DNA of 64,000 bases from NCBI GenBank assembly GCA_964577395.1, contig CAZNYQ010000006.1:7155-71154 (forward strand), read 5' to 3'. The notes below the pieces were generated by a model. The model was not told the DNA's origin. It did no database searches and saw only the letters and a program-made list of their open reading frames with translations. The position numbers and the translations under genes are program-made. This document shows positions 28,957 to 37,742 of the stretch, in pieces (the first letter of the stretch is position 1; the number at the start of each line of letters is the position of its first letter). The stretch comes from an uncultured Candidatus Saccharibacteria bacterium. GTDB taxonomy: Bacteria; Patescibacteriota; Minisyncoccia; JBAYJV01.

Positions 28957-29289
28957 ATGGATTTAAAAAACAAAAATTTATGGATTTGGGTTCTTATTGC
29001 TATTATCATTGTTGTCTTAATTGTTCTAGTGGCAACCCAAAATAAGACTCCTGTAACAGAAGAGGGAGAAGAATCAACGCTTCCTGAAGAAGAAGAGGAA
29101 ATCATCCCTGAAGAGGAATTAGTTCCTGAAGAAGAAGAGGAAGAAGAATTACCTGAAGAAGAAGTTGTTCCCGAAGAAGAAGGCGAGGAAGAGGAAGAAG
29201 AAATGACCGAAGAAGAGGAAGTCTTACCAGGAGAAGAATTGACTGAAGAAGAGGAAGAAGAAGAATCAGAAGAATCCGAAGAGGAATAA
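28957..29289 (+). CDS. Membrane-anchored poly-Glu low-complexity protein
   Basis: SD AAAGGAG before the ATG, an N-terminal TM helix, then EEEE(L/V)PEEE repeats. A terminator hairpin follows at 29314-29345. Confidence 0.5.
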   Translation: MDLKNKNLWIWVLIAIIIVVLIVLVATQNKTPVTEEGEESTLPEEEEEIIPEEELVPEEEEEEELPEEEVVPEEEGEEEEEEMTEEEEVLPGEELTEEEEEEESEESEEE

Positions 29290-29313
29290 ATATTATTTAA
29301 AATCAAATCAATG

Positions 29314-29345
29314 ATACCACCTTGGAGGAGGTGGTATTATTATAT
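29314..29345 (+). terminator. Rho-independent terminator
   Basis: 9-bp stem ataccacct/aggtggtat followed by a T-rich run. Confidence 0.55.
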
Positions 29346-29419
29346 TTCAATAGTTTTATATCCCCTTTCTTTTTTAAAATTTATGTGGTAAAGTAAATTT
29401 TAAGATTAGCTTATTAAAT

Positions 29420-30229
29420 ATGGCAAATCCTCAATTATCTATTATTATCACTCACTATAAAACTCCTCATCTTTTATTGAGTTGTCTTAAGGCAATTGAA
29501 GAAAACTTAAATAATATTAAGTATGAGGTTTTTGTTTCTGACTCTGAAGCTAATGCAGGTACTGCTTTTTTAATTCAATATCATCATCCCAAAGTAAAGC
29601 ATTTAGCTTTTAAAAGAAATGTTGGTTACGCAAGGCTTGTTAATAAAGGCCTTGATAATGCTCAAGGTCGTTTTATTCTAATTTTAAACGCAGATACCGT
29701 TATCGAAGATGAAAATGCTATTAAAAAAATGATGGATTTCTTAGAGAATAATAAACAAGTTGGTGTTGTAGGCCCTAAATTGATTAATATTGATGGAACT
29801 TTACAGAAATCATTTTTTAAAGAATATACCCTGAATGCTGTTTTAGCTCGGAGAACTTTATGGAAAAAAACTCATTGGGGTAAGAGAGCTTTAGAAAAAT
29901 TTGAGATTCAAAAAAAGAAAAAAGATAAACCTTTTAAAGTTGATTGGGTTATGGGTTCGGCTATGATGACGACGAAAGAATTGGTTAATGAGATAGGAAA
30001 ACTTGATACAAGATATTTTATGTATTTTGAAGATGTTGATTGGTGCCGTCGCTTTAGAGAAGCAGGCTATCAAGTATATTACTTACCTAATGCTAAAATT
30101 CGTCATTTTCATATTAAAGAATCTGATTCAAAAAAAGGTATTATTGACATCTTTACCAATAAATTAACAAGAATACATATCTTAAGCTATTTTAAATATT
30201 TAATTAAATGGCGTTTGCAAAAAGCTTAA
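29420..30229 (+). CDS. Family 2 glycosyltransferase
   Basis: LSIIITHYKTPHLLLSCL and a later DADT segment match GT2. Confidence 0.8.
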   Translation: MANPQLSIIITHYKTPHLLLSCLKAIEENLNNIKYEVFVSDSEANAGTAFLIQYHHPKVKHLAFKRNVGYARLVNKGLDNAQGRFILILNADTVIEDENAIKKMMDFLENNKQVGVVGPKLINIDGTLQKSFFKEYTLNAVLARRTLWKKTHWGKRALEKFEIQKKKKDKPFKVDWVMGSAMMTTKELVNEIGKLDTRYFMYFEDVDWCRRFREAGYQVYYLPNAKIRHFHIKESDSKKGIIDIFTNKLTRIHILSYFKYLIKWRLQKA

Positions 30230-30233
30230 ATTT

Positions 30234-32453
30234 ATGGATCAGTTAAAAAAAGATTTAAAATTAAAAAATGCTTCTCAAGCTTACTTAAAAAAACTTAAGA
30301 AGCTTTTGAAGATGTATCAAGATGGTAAAATGAGCTTGAATGAGTTATCTGTTGTGACAGAACTTGATAAAGATAAATTGTTGGACTATTTTCATAAATC
30401 TGGTAAGGCAAAAAAGAAAATTCTAATTTGTGGCGGTGCTGGCTTTATTGGAAGTAATTTTATCCATCATCTTTTAAGAAAGTATCCCGGCTATGAAATT
30501 ATTAATTATGATAAATTAACTTACGCGGGTAATCTTGATAATTTAAAGGATATTGAAAATAATCCTCACTATAAATTTATTAAGGGAGACATTGCTGACG
30601 CAAAAAAAGTTGAAGAAACTTTTAAGAAAGAAAAACCAGATATGATTGTCAATTTTAGCGCAGAAAGTATTAGTGGCGATACTTATTTACCCATATACAG
30701 AGGTGGTAAAATTATGATAGAAACCTTTGAAGAACTTTTTAAAAGAATTGCTAAATATAGTCAAAACAAAGTAAAAAAGAGTAAAAATGGTGTTGAGGTT
30801 ATAGATATTAAGGAAGGAAAAGCTTATAAAGCATTATCAAATTATGGGGGTATTGGTTATTGGCAACCCATTAGACAAATTTCTCGTCATTATTTTGAAG
30901 GAAATTTAATTTGTCTTAATCAAAAATGGGGAGAAATAGTAGCTACTAATAATCATTCTATCTATGATATTCAAGGTAAATTAACAACGCCTCAAAAAAA
31001 TCCTACATTACTTTCTCTTCGAAATATTAATTACATCTGTAAAAAGAATTTTTATCAAAATTTTAAAGGCAAGAAGCTTGAAAGTTTATTGAGAATAATG
31101 GCAGCTTATATTACTGAAGGTAATGCAACTTTCAATAAAGCTAACGGAGGTCATATTGTTAGTATAGCCAATCAAGACAAACAATGGATTGATCTTTTAA
31201 TAAAAGATTTTAAAAAATTAGGTTATAAACCAGGTTGTTTAAAAAGAAAAGAAGGCTGGTATCAGCTAACAATTGTTAACAAGTATTTTTACAACTTTCT
31301 AAGAGAAACTTGTGGTGTTTATTCAAAACATAAATTTATTCCTCCTTTTGTATTTCAGTTGAAACCTGCATTGCAAAGATTGTTTTTAGAAAATCTTATT
31401 CAAGGTGATGGTGAAACAATCAGAAATAAAAATTATAACAGTTATCGTTATACTACTAATTCTAAAAAATTAGCAACAGGACTTTCTTTATTATTAACTT
31501 TATTAAAAGAGAATCTTAGAGTTCACAAAGATGAAAGATTTAATGCTTATACCTTATCATTTGGTAATGACTATAAAATTTCCTCCCTTAATAAGAAGAA
31601 AAAAACAATTCCTTACAAGGGATATGTTTATGATATTGAAGTTGCTGATACTCATAATTTTGTATGTGGAGTAGGTAATATTGTTGCTCATAATACGCAC
31701 GTTGACAGAAGCATTCATGATGGTGCACGAGAATTTTTAGAGGCTAATGTTTTAGGAGTTCATACTCTCCTTGAAGCTGTAAGGCATCATAAGACAGAGA
31801 AATATATCCAGATTTCAACTGATGAAACTTATGGCACGGTTGCTTTAGATGATAACAGGAAATTTACTGAAGATACTCCTTTTGCCCCCAATGTTCCTTA
31901 TGCTGCAGCAAAAGCAGGGGGAGATTTAATGTGCCGCGCTTATAATAAAACTCATAATGTTCCTGTTATTGTAACTCACTGTTCTAATAATTATGGTCCT
32001 TATCAATATCCGGAAAAATTAATTCCTTTTATACTTTTTAAAGCTCTTCATAAAGAAAAATTACCCATTTACGGAGATGGTAAAAATGTGAGGGATTGGA
32101 TATATGTTTTAGATCATTGCCAAGCTATTGATGATATTCTGCATAAAGGCAAGCCGGGCGAAGTATATAATATTGGAGCTGATCAAGAGAGAGATAATTT
32201 AACAGTTGCGCGAGCCATTTTAAAGATTTTAGGGAGAAGTGATAATTTAATCACTTTTGTAGATGATCGTCCTGGCCATGACAGACGTTACTCTATTGAT
32301 GCTACTAAGATTAAAAAAGAACTTAATTGGGAACCGACTAAAATATTTGAAAAGACTCTCCCTAATGTTGTTGATTGGTATTTAAATAATCAATGGTGGA
32401 TTCGCAATATTCAAAAAAGAGGCGGAGCTTTTAACATTCATATTAAAAAATAG
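30234..32453 (+). CDS. rfbB: dTDP-glucose 4,6-dehydratase interrupted by an intein; host exteins total about 396 aa including a ~60-aa N-terminal extension
   Basis: N-extein GGAGFIGSNF...DMIVNFSAE and C-extein THVDRSIHDG...YGP...NYG flank a 343-aa insert. Joining them recreates the canonical FAAE(S/T)HVDRSI dehydratase motif. Confidence 0.85.
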   Translation: MDQLKKDLKLKNASQAYLKKLKKLLKMYQDGKMSLNELSVVTELDKDKLLDYFHKSGKAKKKILICGGAGFIGSNFIHHLLRKYPGYEIINYDKLTYAGNLDNLKDIENNPHYKFIKGDIADAKKVEETFKKEKPDMIVNFSAESISGDTYLPIYRGGKIMIETFEELFKRIAKYSQNKVKKSKNGVEVIDIKEGKAYKALSNYGGIGYWQPIRQISRHYFEGNLICLNQKWGEIVATNNHSIYDIQGKLTTPQKNPTLLSLRNINYICKKNFYQNFKGKKLESLLRIMAAYITEGNATFNKANGGHIVSIANQDKQWIDLLIKDFKKLGYKPGCLKRKEGWYQLTIVNKYFYNFLRETCGVYSKHKFIPPFVFQLKPALQRLFLENLIQGDGETIRNKNYNSYRYTTNSKKLATGLSLLLTLLKENLRVHKDERFNAYTLSFGNDYKISSLNKKKKTIPYKGYVYDIEVADTHNFVCGVGNIVAHNTHVDRSIHDGAREFLEANVLGVHTLLEAVRHHKTEKYIQISTDETYGTVALDDNRKFTEDTPFAPNVPYAAAKAGGDLMCRAYNKTHNVPVIVTHCSNNYGPYQYPEKLIPFILFKALHKEKLPIYGDGKNVRDWIYVLDHCQAIDDILHKGKPGEVYNIGADQERDNLTVARAILKILGRSDNLITFVDDRPGHDRRYSIDATKIKKELNWEPTKIFEKTLPNVVDWYLNNQWWIRNIQKRGGAFNIHIKK
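30666..31694 (+). mobile_element. Intein (343 aa) with a LAGLIDADG-type homing endonuclease, inside rfbB
   Basis: Starts with Ser in block A (SISGDTYLPI), has block B TNNH, ends VAHN, and is followed by a Thr +1 nucleophile. Two LAGLIDADG-like motifs are present (RIMAAYITEGNA and LFLENLIQGDGE). Confidence 0.8.
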
Positions 32454-32456
32454 CTT

Positions 32457-33002
32457 ATGGAAATTATAGAGACTCCTATTGAAGGATTAAAAATAAAATT
32501 TAATAAAATTATTGGAGACACAAGAGGTTACTTAGCTGAAATTGCTCCCAGTGGAGTAAATAATGATTTTATTCAAGGTAAAATTGGTAATGTCTATTTA
32601 GCTACTGGCACAGAAAAAGGTGTTCCTCGCGGGGGACATTATCATCATGATTTAATTGAGAATTTTTATACTATTTCAGGGACAACTTTATGGCTGTTTA
32701 AGGATTTTAGAAAAGAAAGTGCGACTTACAAGAAGACGTATGCAATAATTTTAGGAGAAAAAGATGAAAATTTAAATGTAGACTATATTGATGAATACTT
32801 ATTACCCGGAACAATGGCTCAAATACTTGTTCCAACAGAAGTTTATCACGTTTTTTACCCTTTAACAGATAAAGAAGTAAAGGTTTTAGCAATTACAAAT
32901 CTACCCCATAATAATGATGATTATGTAAGATTTAAGCCTGAAGATGATCAAGACCTTAAAAAATTGAAAGAAGAAAAGTTAAGAATTATAAAAAACCCTT
33001 GA
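32457..33002 (+). CDS. dTDP-4-dehydrorhamnose 3,5-epimerase-like cupin (RfbC/WxcM-like)
   Basis: N-terminus IIETPIEGLKI..N.I.GDTRGYL.E resembles RfbC IIET.I.GL......F.D.RGFF.E. It sits immediately after rfbB. Confidence 0.55.
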   Translation: MEIIETPIEGLKIKFNKIIGDTRGYLAEIAPSGVNNDFIQGKIGNVYLATGTEKGVPRGGHYHHDLIENFYTISGTTLWLFKDFRKESATYKKTYAIILGEKDENLNVDYIDEYLLPGTMAQILVPTEVYHVFYPLTDKEVKVLAITNLPHNNDDYVRFKPEDDQDLKKLKEEKLRIIKNP

Positions 33003-33037
33003 CATAATAAATATATTCGTTATACTTATTACAGAAG

Positions 33038-33180
33038 ATGTGTGCTTGCTGAAATGAATCGAAAAAAAAGTGGAACACTAAAAAAGTAGAACACTACAAA
33101 ATATAAAAAATCTTCAGTGAGCAAAAAACAGGAAGCAAGCACACAAAGGGGTCGTTTAAGAAAGAACGGCCCCTTTTCAA
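33038..33180 (+). ncRNA. Candidate structured RNA or leader ending in an intrinsic terminator
   Basis: Long-range inverted repeat tgtgtgcttgct ... agcaagcacaca encloses a tandem GAACACTA motif. A GC hairpin ggggtcgtt/aacggcccc with T4 lies at 33153-33183. The class is unknown. Confidence 0.3.
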
Positions 33181-33307
33181 TTTTATATTACAGCACAACT
33201 TGCATTAATCCTTTCATATTGATTTTGCTTCTTTTTATGATTAGAATAAAAGGTACGGAATTTTTATTTACAATAGGAATTACTCTTTATTCAATTTTAA
33301 GATTTAG

Positions 33308-34597
33308 ATGATTAATTTTTTAGAAAATGTTCAGTGGCAACTTCAGAAAACAGCAAATATTTTAAAAATTTCTCCTGAAGTTTTAAAAAATATCCAACAG
33401 CCTAATAGAATTCTTCAATTTTCCATTCCAATTAAGAGAGCCAATGGGCAAATGGAAGCTTTTCCTGCTTTTAGAATTCAACATTCTAATTTATTAGGTC
33501 CCTATAAAGGAGGAATTCTTTTTTCTCCTGAAGTAAATGTTGGACAAATCAAGGCGTTAGCTGAAATTATGACATGGAAGACATCTTTAGTTGGATTGCC
33601 TTTTGGAGGAGCTAAGGGAGGTATTCGAGTAGATCCTGAAAGACTTTCGCGTCAAGAATTGGAAGAACTTTCTCGGGGATATATTAAGGGAATTTTTAAT
33701 TTTTTAGGACCTCAAGTAGATATTCCTGCGCCTGATATTAATACTAATCCTCAAATAATTGCTTGGATGATTGATGAATTTTCTCTTTTAAAAGGGGAAT
33801 TTGTACCGGCTGCTTTTACCGGTAAGCCTCTTAATATATCAGGTTCTAAAGGGCGGGATGTAGCGGCTGCGTACGGAGGAGCTATTATTCTAAAAGAAAT
33901 TATAAAAGATTTTTTTCCAAATCAACTTAATAATTCTCCTACCGTTGCTTTGCAAGGATTTGGTAAAATAGGTAAGAATTTAGCAAGAATATTGCAAGGA
34001 GCTGGATTTAATATTGTTGCCCTAGCTGATAAAACAGGCGGTATTAGAGATTTTCAAGGAAAAAAATTAGATATTGATAAAATTATTCAATGCATTAAAG
34101 AAAAAAATTCTTTAATTGATTGTTATTGCCATAATGAACGATGTTTTAAAGCAAGCAAGAATCAGCAAATTAATAATGAAGATTTATTAAAAACTGAAGT
34201 AGATATTTTGATTTTAGCAGCTGTTGAAGAGCAAATTCATAAAGATAACGCTGAACATATTCAAGCAAAAATTGTTTTAGAAATAGCTAATGGAGCTATT
34301 AATTATGAGGGTGAAAATATTTTAGCCCAACGCGATATTTTAATAGTGCCTGATATTTTAGCTGGTGCTGGTGGGGTAATCGCAAGTTATTTAGAGTGGT
34401 TTCAAAACATTGAAGAATCTTATTGGCCCGAAGAGCAAGTTTTAGAAAGAACCGAAAGGATGCTTTTAGATGCCTATGAAAGCGTTAAAAACATTGCTCT
34501 TGAAAGACGAGTATCTCTTAAAGAAGCAGCTCGTATTAAAGCTATTGAAAGATTGGCTCGTCAATTAAACTTAAAAAAAGCTCGCCAAGAAATTTGA
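33308..34597 (+). CDS. Glutamate (Glu/Leu/Phe/Val-type) dehydrogenase
   Basis: GLPFGGAKGGI active-site motif and a GFGKIGKN Rossmann motif. Confidence 0.85.
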   Translation: MINFLENVQWQLQKTANILKISPEVLKNIQQPNRILQFSIPIKRANGQMEAFPAFRIQHSNLLGPYKGGILFSPEVNVGQIKALAEIMTWKTSLVGLPFGGAKGGIRVDPERLSRQELEELSRGYIKGIFNFLGPQVDIPAPDINTNPQIIAWMIDEFSLLKGEFVPAAFTGKPLNISGSKGRDVAAAYGGAIILKEIIKDFFPNQLNNSPTVALQGFGKIGKNLARILQGAGFNIVALADKTGGIRDFQGKKLDIDKIIQCIKEKNSLIDCYCHNERCFKASKNQQINNEDLLKTEVDILILAAVEEQIHKDNAEHIQAKIVLEIANGAINYEGENILAQRDILIVPDILAGAGGVIASYLEWFQNIEESYWPEEQVLERTERMLLDAYESVKNIALERRVSLKEAARIKAIERLARQLNLKKARQEI

Positions 34598-34645
34598 AAA
34601 TTTTTTTTAAAATGATATATTAATTAAATATTTTAAAAATTAAAA

Positions 34646-36049
34646 ATGCTTAATTCTTTTTCCCAACAATCAAAAATTAGAATGGCAGTTATCGGTATTT
34701 TTTTAATAGCTTTCTTAGCTGTTAATTTAGATTTTCCTCAACTTTGGAATGGTTTCGCAGAGAAATTAAATAATAAATTTCCTGAAGGAATAGCAGGCAG
34801 AGAAATGCGTTTAATTAATGAAAAAGATTTTAAACTAGGGCTTGATTTGCAAGGTGGCACCCATTTAGTTTATACAGCAGATATGTCTCAGATTGAGGAG
34901 AAAGAAAGAGAAGATGCTTTAGCGGGGGTAAGAGATGTCATTGAAAGAAGAGTAAATATGTTCGGCGTATCTGAACCAGTTGTTCAAGCTGATGTATCGT
35001 CTAATCATTATCGCTTAATTGTTGAGTTAGCGGGAGTTAAAGATGTTAAAAAAGCTATTGAGATGATTGGGCAGACGCCTTACCTAGAATTTAAAGAAGA
35101 AAAATCTGAAGAAGAACAGGGCAAGCAACAAGTTCAAATTAATGATGCAGGTGAAGCAGAAATTCAATTAGAAGATCCTTACTTTAAAAGCACAGGTTTA
35201 GATGGTCGCATGCTTAAAGAAGCCAAAGTTTCTTTTAATCAAAATACTGGTCAGCCTGAGATTATTTTTAAATTAAACGATGAAGGAGCAGAATTATTTG
35301 GTCAGATTACCCAAAGAAATATCGGCAAGAGAGTTGCTATTTACCTAGATGGTACCCCTATTAGCATTCCAGTTGTCAATGAAGCCATTAAAAATGGCGA
35401 AGCTCGTATTACGGGAGATTTTACTATTGTGGAAGCCAGAGAATTGGTACGTAGCTTAAATGCAGGTGCTTTACCAGTTCCGATTACAATTATTAGTCAA
35501 AAGACTGTTGGGGCTAGCTTAGGCCAAGAATCCCTTGATAAGAGCTTAAAAGCTGGTATTTTAGGCTTTATTTTAATAGCACTTTTTATGCTTTTCTATT
35601 ATCGTCTACCGGGTGTTTTGGCTGTTATATCTCTTTTAATATATGGAGTCTTTGTCTTAGCTATTTTCAAGCTTGTTCCGGTGACTTTAACATTAGCAGG
35701 TATTGCTGGCTTCATTTTAACGATTGGCATGGCAGTTGATGCCAATGTCCTAATTTTTGAGAGAATGAAGGAAGAAATTAAGGAGCGTGATAATTTAAAA
35801 CAATCTATCGAAGAGGGATTTAAGAGAGCTTGGAGCTCTATTCGGGACGGTAATTTTTCTACTTTAATTACAGCTGCTATTTTATATGGTGTTGGAGTAA
35901 GCTTTGTAAGAGGTTTTGCGCTTACTTTGAGTATTGGTGTTTTAATGTCTATGTTGACAGCTGTTGTTTTCACACGCCAGCTTTTATTATTATTAGTCCA
36001 AACTAAGATTAAAAAATTTAATTGGTTATGGATGAAAACAAAGTATTAA
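34646..36049 (+). CDS. secD: Protein translocase subunit SecD
   Basis: LGLDLQGGTHLVY motif and C-terminal TM bundle motifs. Confidence 0.9.
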   Translation: MLNSFSQQSKIRMAVIGIFLIAFLAVNLDFPQLWNGFAEKLNNKFPEGIAGREMRLINEKDFKLGLDLQGGTHLVYTADMSQIEEKEREDALAGVRDVIERRVNMFGVSEPVVQADVSSNHYRLIVELAGVKDVKKAIEMIGQTPYLEFKEEKSEEEQGKQQVQINDAGEAEIQLEDPYFKSTGLDGRMLKEAKVSFNQNTGQPEIIFKLNDEGAELFGQITQRNIGKRVAIYLDGTPISIPVVNEAIKNGEARITGDFTIVEARELVRSLNAGALPVPITIISQKTVGASLGQESLDKSLKAGILGFILIALFMLFYYRLPGVLAVISLLIYGVFVLAIFKLVPVTLTLAGIAGFILTIGMAVDANVLIFERMKEEIKERDNLKQSIEEGFKRAWSSIRDGNFSTLITAAILYGVGVSFVRGFALTLSIGVLMSMLTAVVFTRQLLLLLVQTKIKKFNWLWMKTKY

Positions 36050-36058
36050 TAGTATTTT

Positions 36059-36955
36059 ATGCTTAAATATCGTAAAATTTATTTTTCCTTTTCTATTGTC
36101 TTATTGGTGATTAGTATTATTAGTTTAGCTTTATGGCAGCTTAACTTTGGGATTGAGTTTACCGGAGGCAGTCTTTTAGAAGTTTCTTTTAGCAAAAAGG
36201 TGCCTGAGGTAGGAGTTATACGTAAAGCTTTAGAAAAAGAATCGTTAGAAAGCTTAGTTGTCCAACCGACAGCTCAATCAACCGTTATCTTACGTTTTCA
36301 AGAGATTCAAGAAGAAACTCATCAAAATGTTATAGGTGCTTTGCAAGAGTTGGCTCAAGAAGAACAGCAAGATTTAGAAGAGAAAAGATATGATGCTATT
36401 GGGCCTGTTATAGGAGAGGAATTAAAAAGAAGAACTTTCTGGGCGATTATTCTAAGTTTAATAGGGATTATTTCATACATTGCTTGGGCTTTTAAGAAAG
36501 TTTCTTGGCCCATTGCTTCTTGGAAATATGGCTTGATAGCTATTTTAACGCTTTTTCATGATTTGATTATAGTTTTAGGGATTTTCTCTATTTTAGGAAG
36601 ATTTGCTAACATCGAAGTTGGAGTACCTTTTGTAGCAGCCCTGATGACTATTTTAGGTTATTCTGTTAACGATACAATTGTTATTTTTGATAGAATCAGA
36701 GAGAATCTTTTAAAAAGCTATAAAGAAAAATTTGAAGATATTATTAATAAAAGCGTGCGAGAAAGCTACATTCGTTCTTTGAATACTTCTTTAACTACCA
36801 TAATTGTTTTAGCATGTATTTTTTTCTTTGGAGGTGCAACTATTCGTGATTTCATTCTTGCCTTAATAGCTGGTATTTTTCTAGGGACATATTCTTCTCT
36901 CTTTGTAGCAAGCCCTCTCCTAGTTATGTGGGAGAGCTGGAAACACAGAGGTTAA
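36059..36955 (+). CDS. secF: Protein translocase subunit SecF
   Basis: GIEFTGGSLLEV, a DTIVIFDRIREN segment, and the position after secD. Confidence 0.9.
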   Translation: MLKYRKIYFSFSIVLLVISIISLALWQLNFGIEFTGGSLLEVSFSKKVPEVGVIRKALEKESLESLVVQPTAQSTVILRFQEIQEETHQNVIGALQELAQEEQQDLEEKRYDAIGPVIGEELKRRTFWAIILSLIGIISYIAWAFKKVSWPIASWKYGLIAILTLFHDLIIVLGIFSILGRFANIEVGVPFVAALMTILGYSVNDTIVIFDRIRENLLKSYKEKFEDIINKSVRESYIRSLNTSLTTIIVLACIFFFGGATIRDFILALIAGIFLGTYSSLFVASPLLVMWESWKHRG

Positions 36956-37054
36956 GTATTAATATTGAAGATTTAAAAGATGTAAAAAGCTTTTTCTTTT
37001 TTTAAAAGATAGATTTTTATGTTAAAATATGTTTAGAATTGTTATAAAATATCT

Positions 37055-37489
37055 ATGAAAATTACCAGCTCTGTTTTTAAAAACAAAGGGAAAATTCCCG
37101 CTCAATATACTTGTGATGGTGAGAATATTAGTCCGCCATTGGAATTTTTGGATCTTCCTAGTCAAGCTAAAAGCTTTGCTTTAATTATGGATGATCCAGA
37201 TGCACCTGCTGGCATTTGGAATCATTGGTTAATTTGGCAAATTCAGCCAGGAACAACTGGGATTCAGGAAAATAGTTTGCCTCAAGGTGCGGTTGAAGGT
37301 GAGAATACATCAGGCAAGATTGGCTACAGCGGTCCTTGTCCTCCATCAGGGAGCCATCGCTACATCTTTAAACTATATGCTCTTAACGACCAGTTTGATT
37401 TAAAAGAAGGAGCAAAAAAACAAGTTCTAGAAAAAGCTTTACAGGGACATGTTCTTGAAGAAGCTCAATTAATTGGTTTTTATCGTTAA
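37055..37489 (+). CDS. PEBP/YbhB-YbcL family protein
   Basis: DDPDAPAG, a W.HW segment and GY.GP.PP..HRY match the Raf-kinase-inhibitor-like family. Confidence 0.8.
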   Translation: MKITSSVFKNKGKIPAQYTCDGENISPPLEFLDLPSQAKSFALIMDDPDAPAGIWNHWLIWQIQPGTTGIQENSLPQGAVEGENTSGKIGYSGPCPPSGSHRYIFKLYALNDQFDLKEGAKKQVLEKALQGHVLEEAQLIGFYR

Positions 37490-37494
37490 AATAT

Positions 37495-37734
37495 ATGACA
37501 AAAGATCAAAAGCAATATTGTCAGGAAATTTATCATAAATGGGAAACTCTTGCGCAGGAAATTGATTTTAATAATCTTTCTCTTGTAACAGGAGGCGAAT
37601 ATGATGAAGGAGATGATGTTCCGGCTAACTTGAAGGAATATTTAAACATTACCAATGAGTTAAGCAAAGAATGTAAAAATTTATTAACTCCCCAGCAAGC
37701 TCTTGAGATAGAGGAAAAAGAAGATTTACTATAA
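37495..37734 (+). CDS. Small acidic hypothetical protein
   Basis: 79-aa ORF with coding-like composition. Confidence 0.3.
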   Translation: MTKDQKQYCQEIYHKWETLAQEIDFNNLSLVTGGEYDEGDDVPANLKEYLNITNELSKECKNLLTPQQALEIEEKEDLL

Positions 37735-37742
37735 TAGCTTAT

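Noticed and set aside
29041-29289. Nucleotide-level tandem GAAGAAGAG repeats that could be mistaken for a repeat element or CRISPR-like array
   Set aside because: The periodicity is 3 nt and in-frame (poly-Glu codons) with no spacer/repeat structure. No CRISPR repeats were seen anywhere in the window.
28923-29306. Minus-strand 127-aa Ser-rich ORF
   Set aside because: It is the antisense reading of the GAAGAAGAG-rich poly-Glu gene. The plus strand has a proper SD, an N-terminal TM helix and a downstream terminator, so the minus ORF is considered spurious.
33117-33311. 64-aa ORF upstream of gdh
   Set aside because: It overlaps the nested inverted repeats and terminator hairpin. There is no SD, and the region is better explained as a structured RNA leader.
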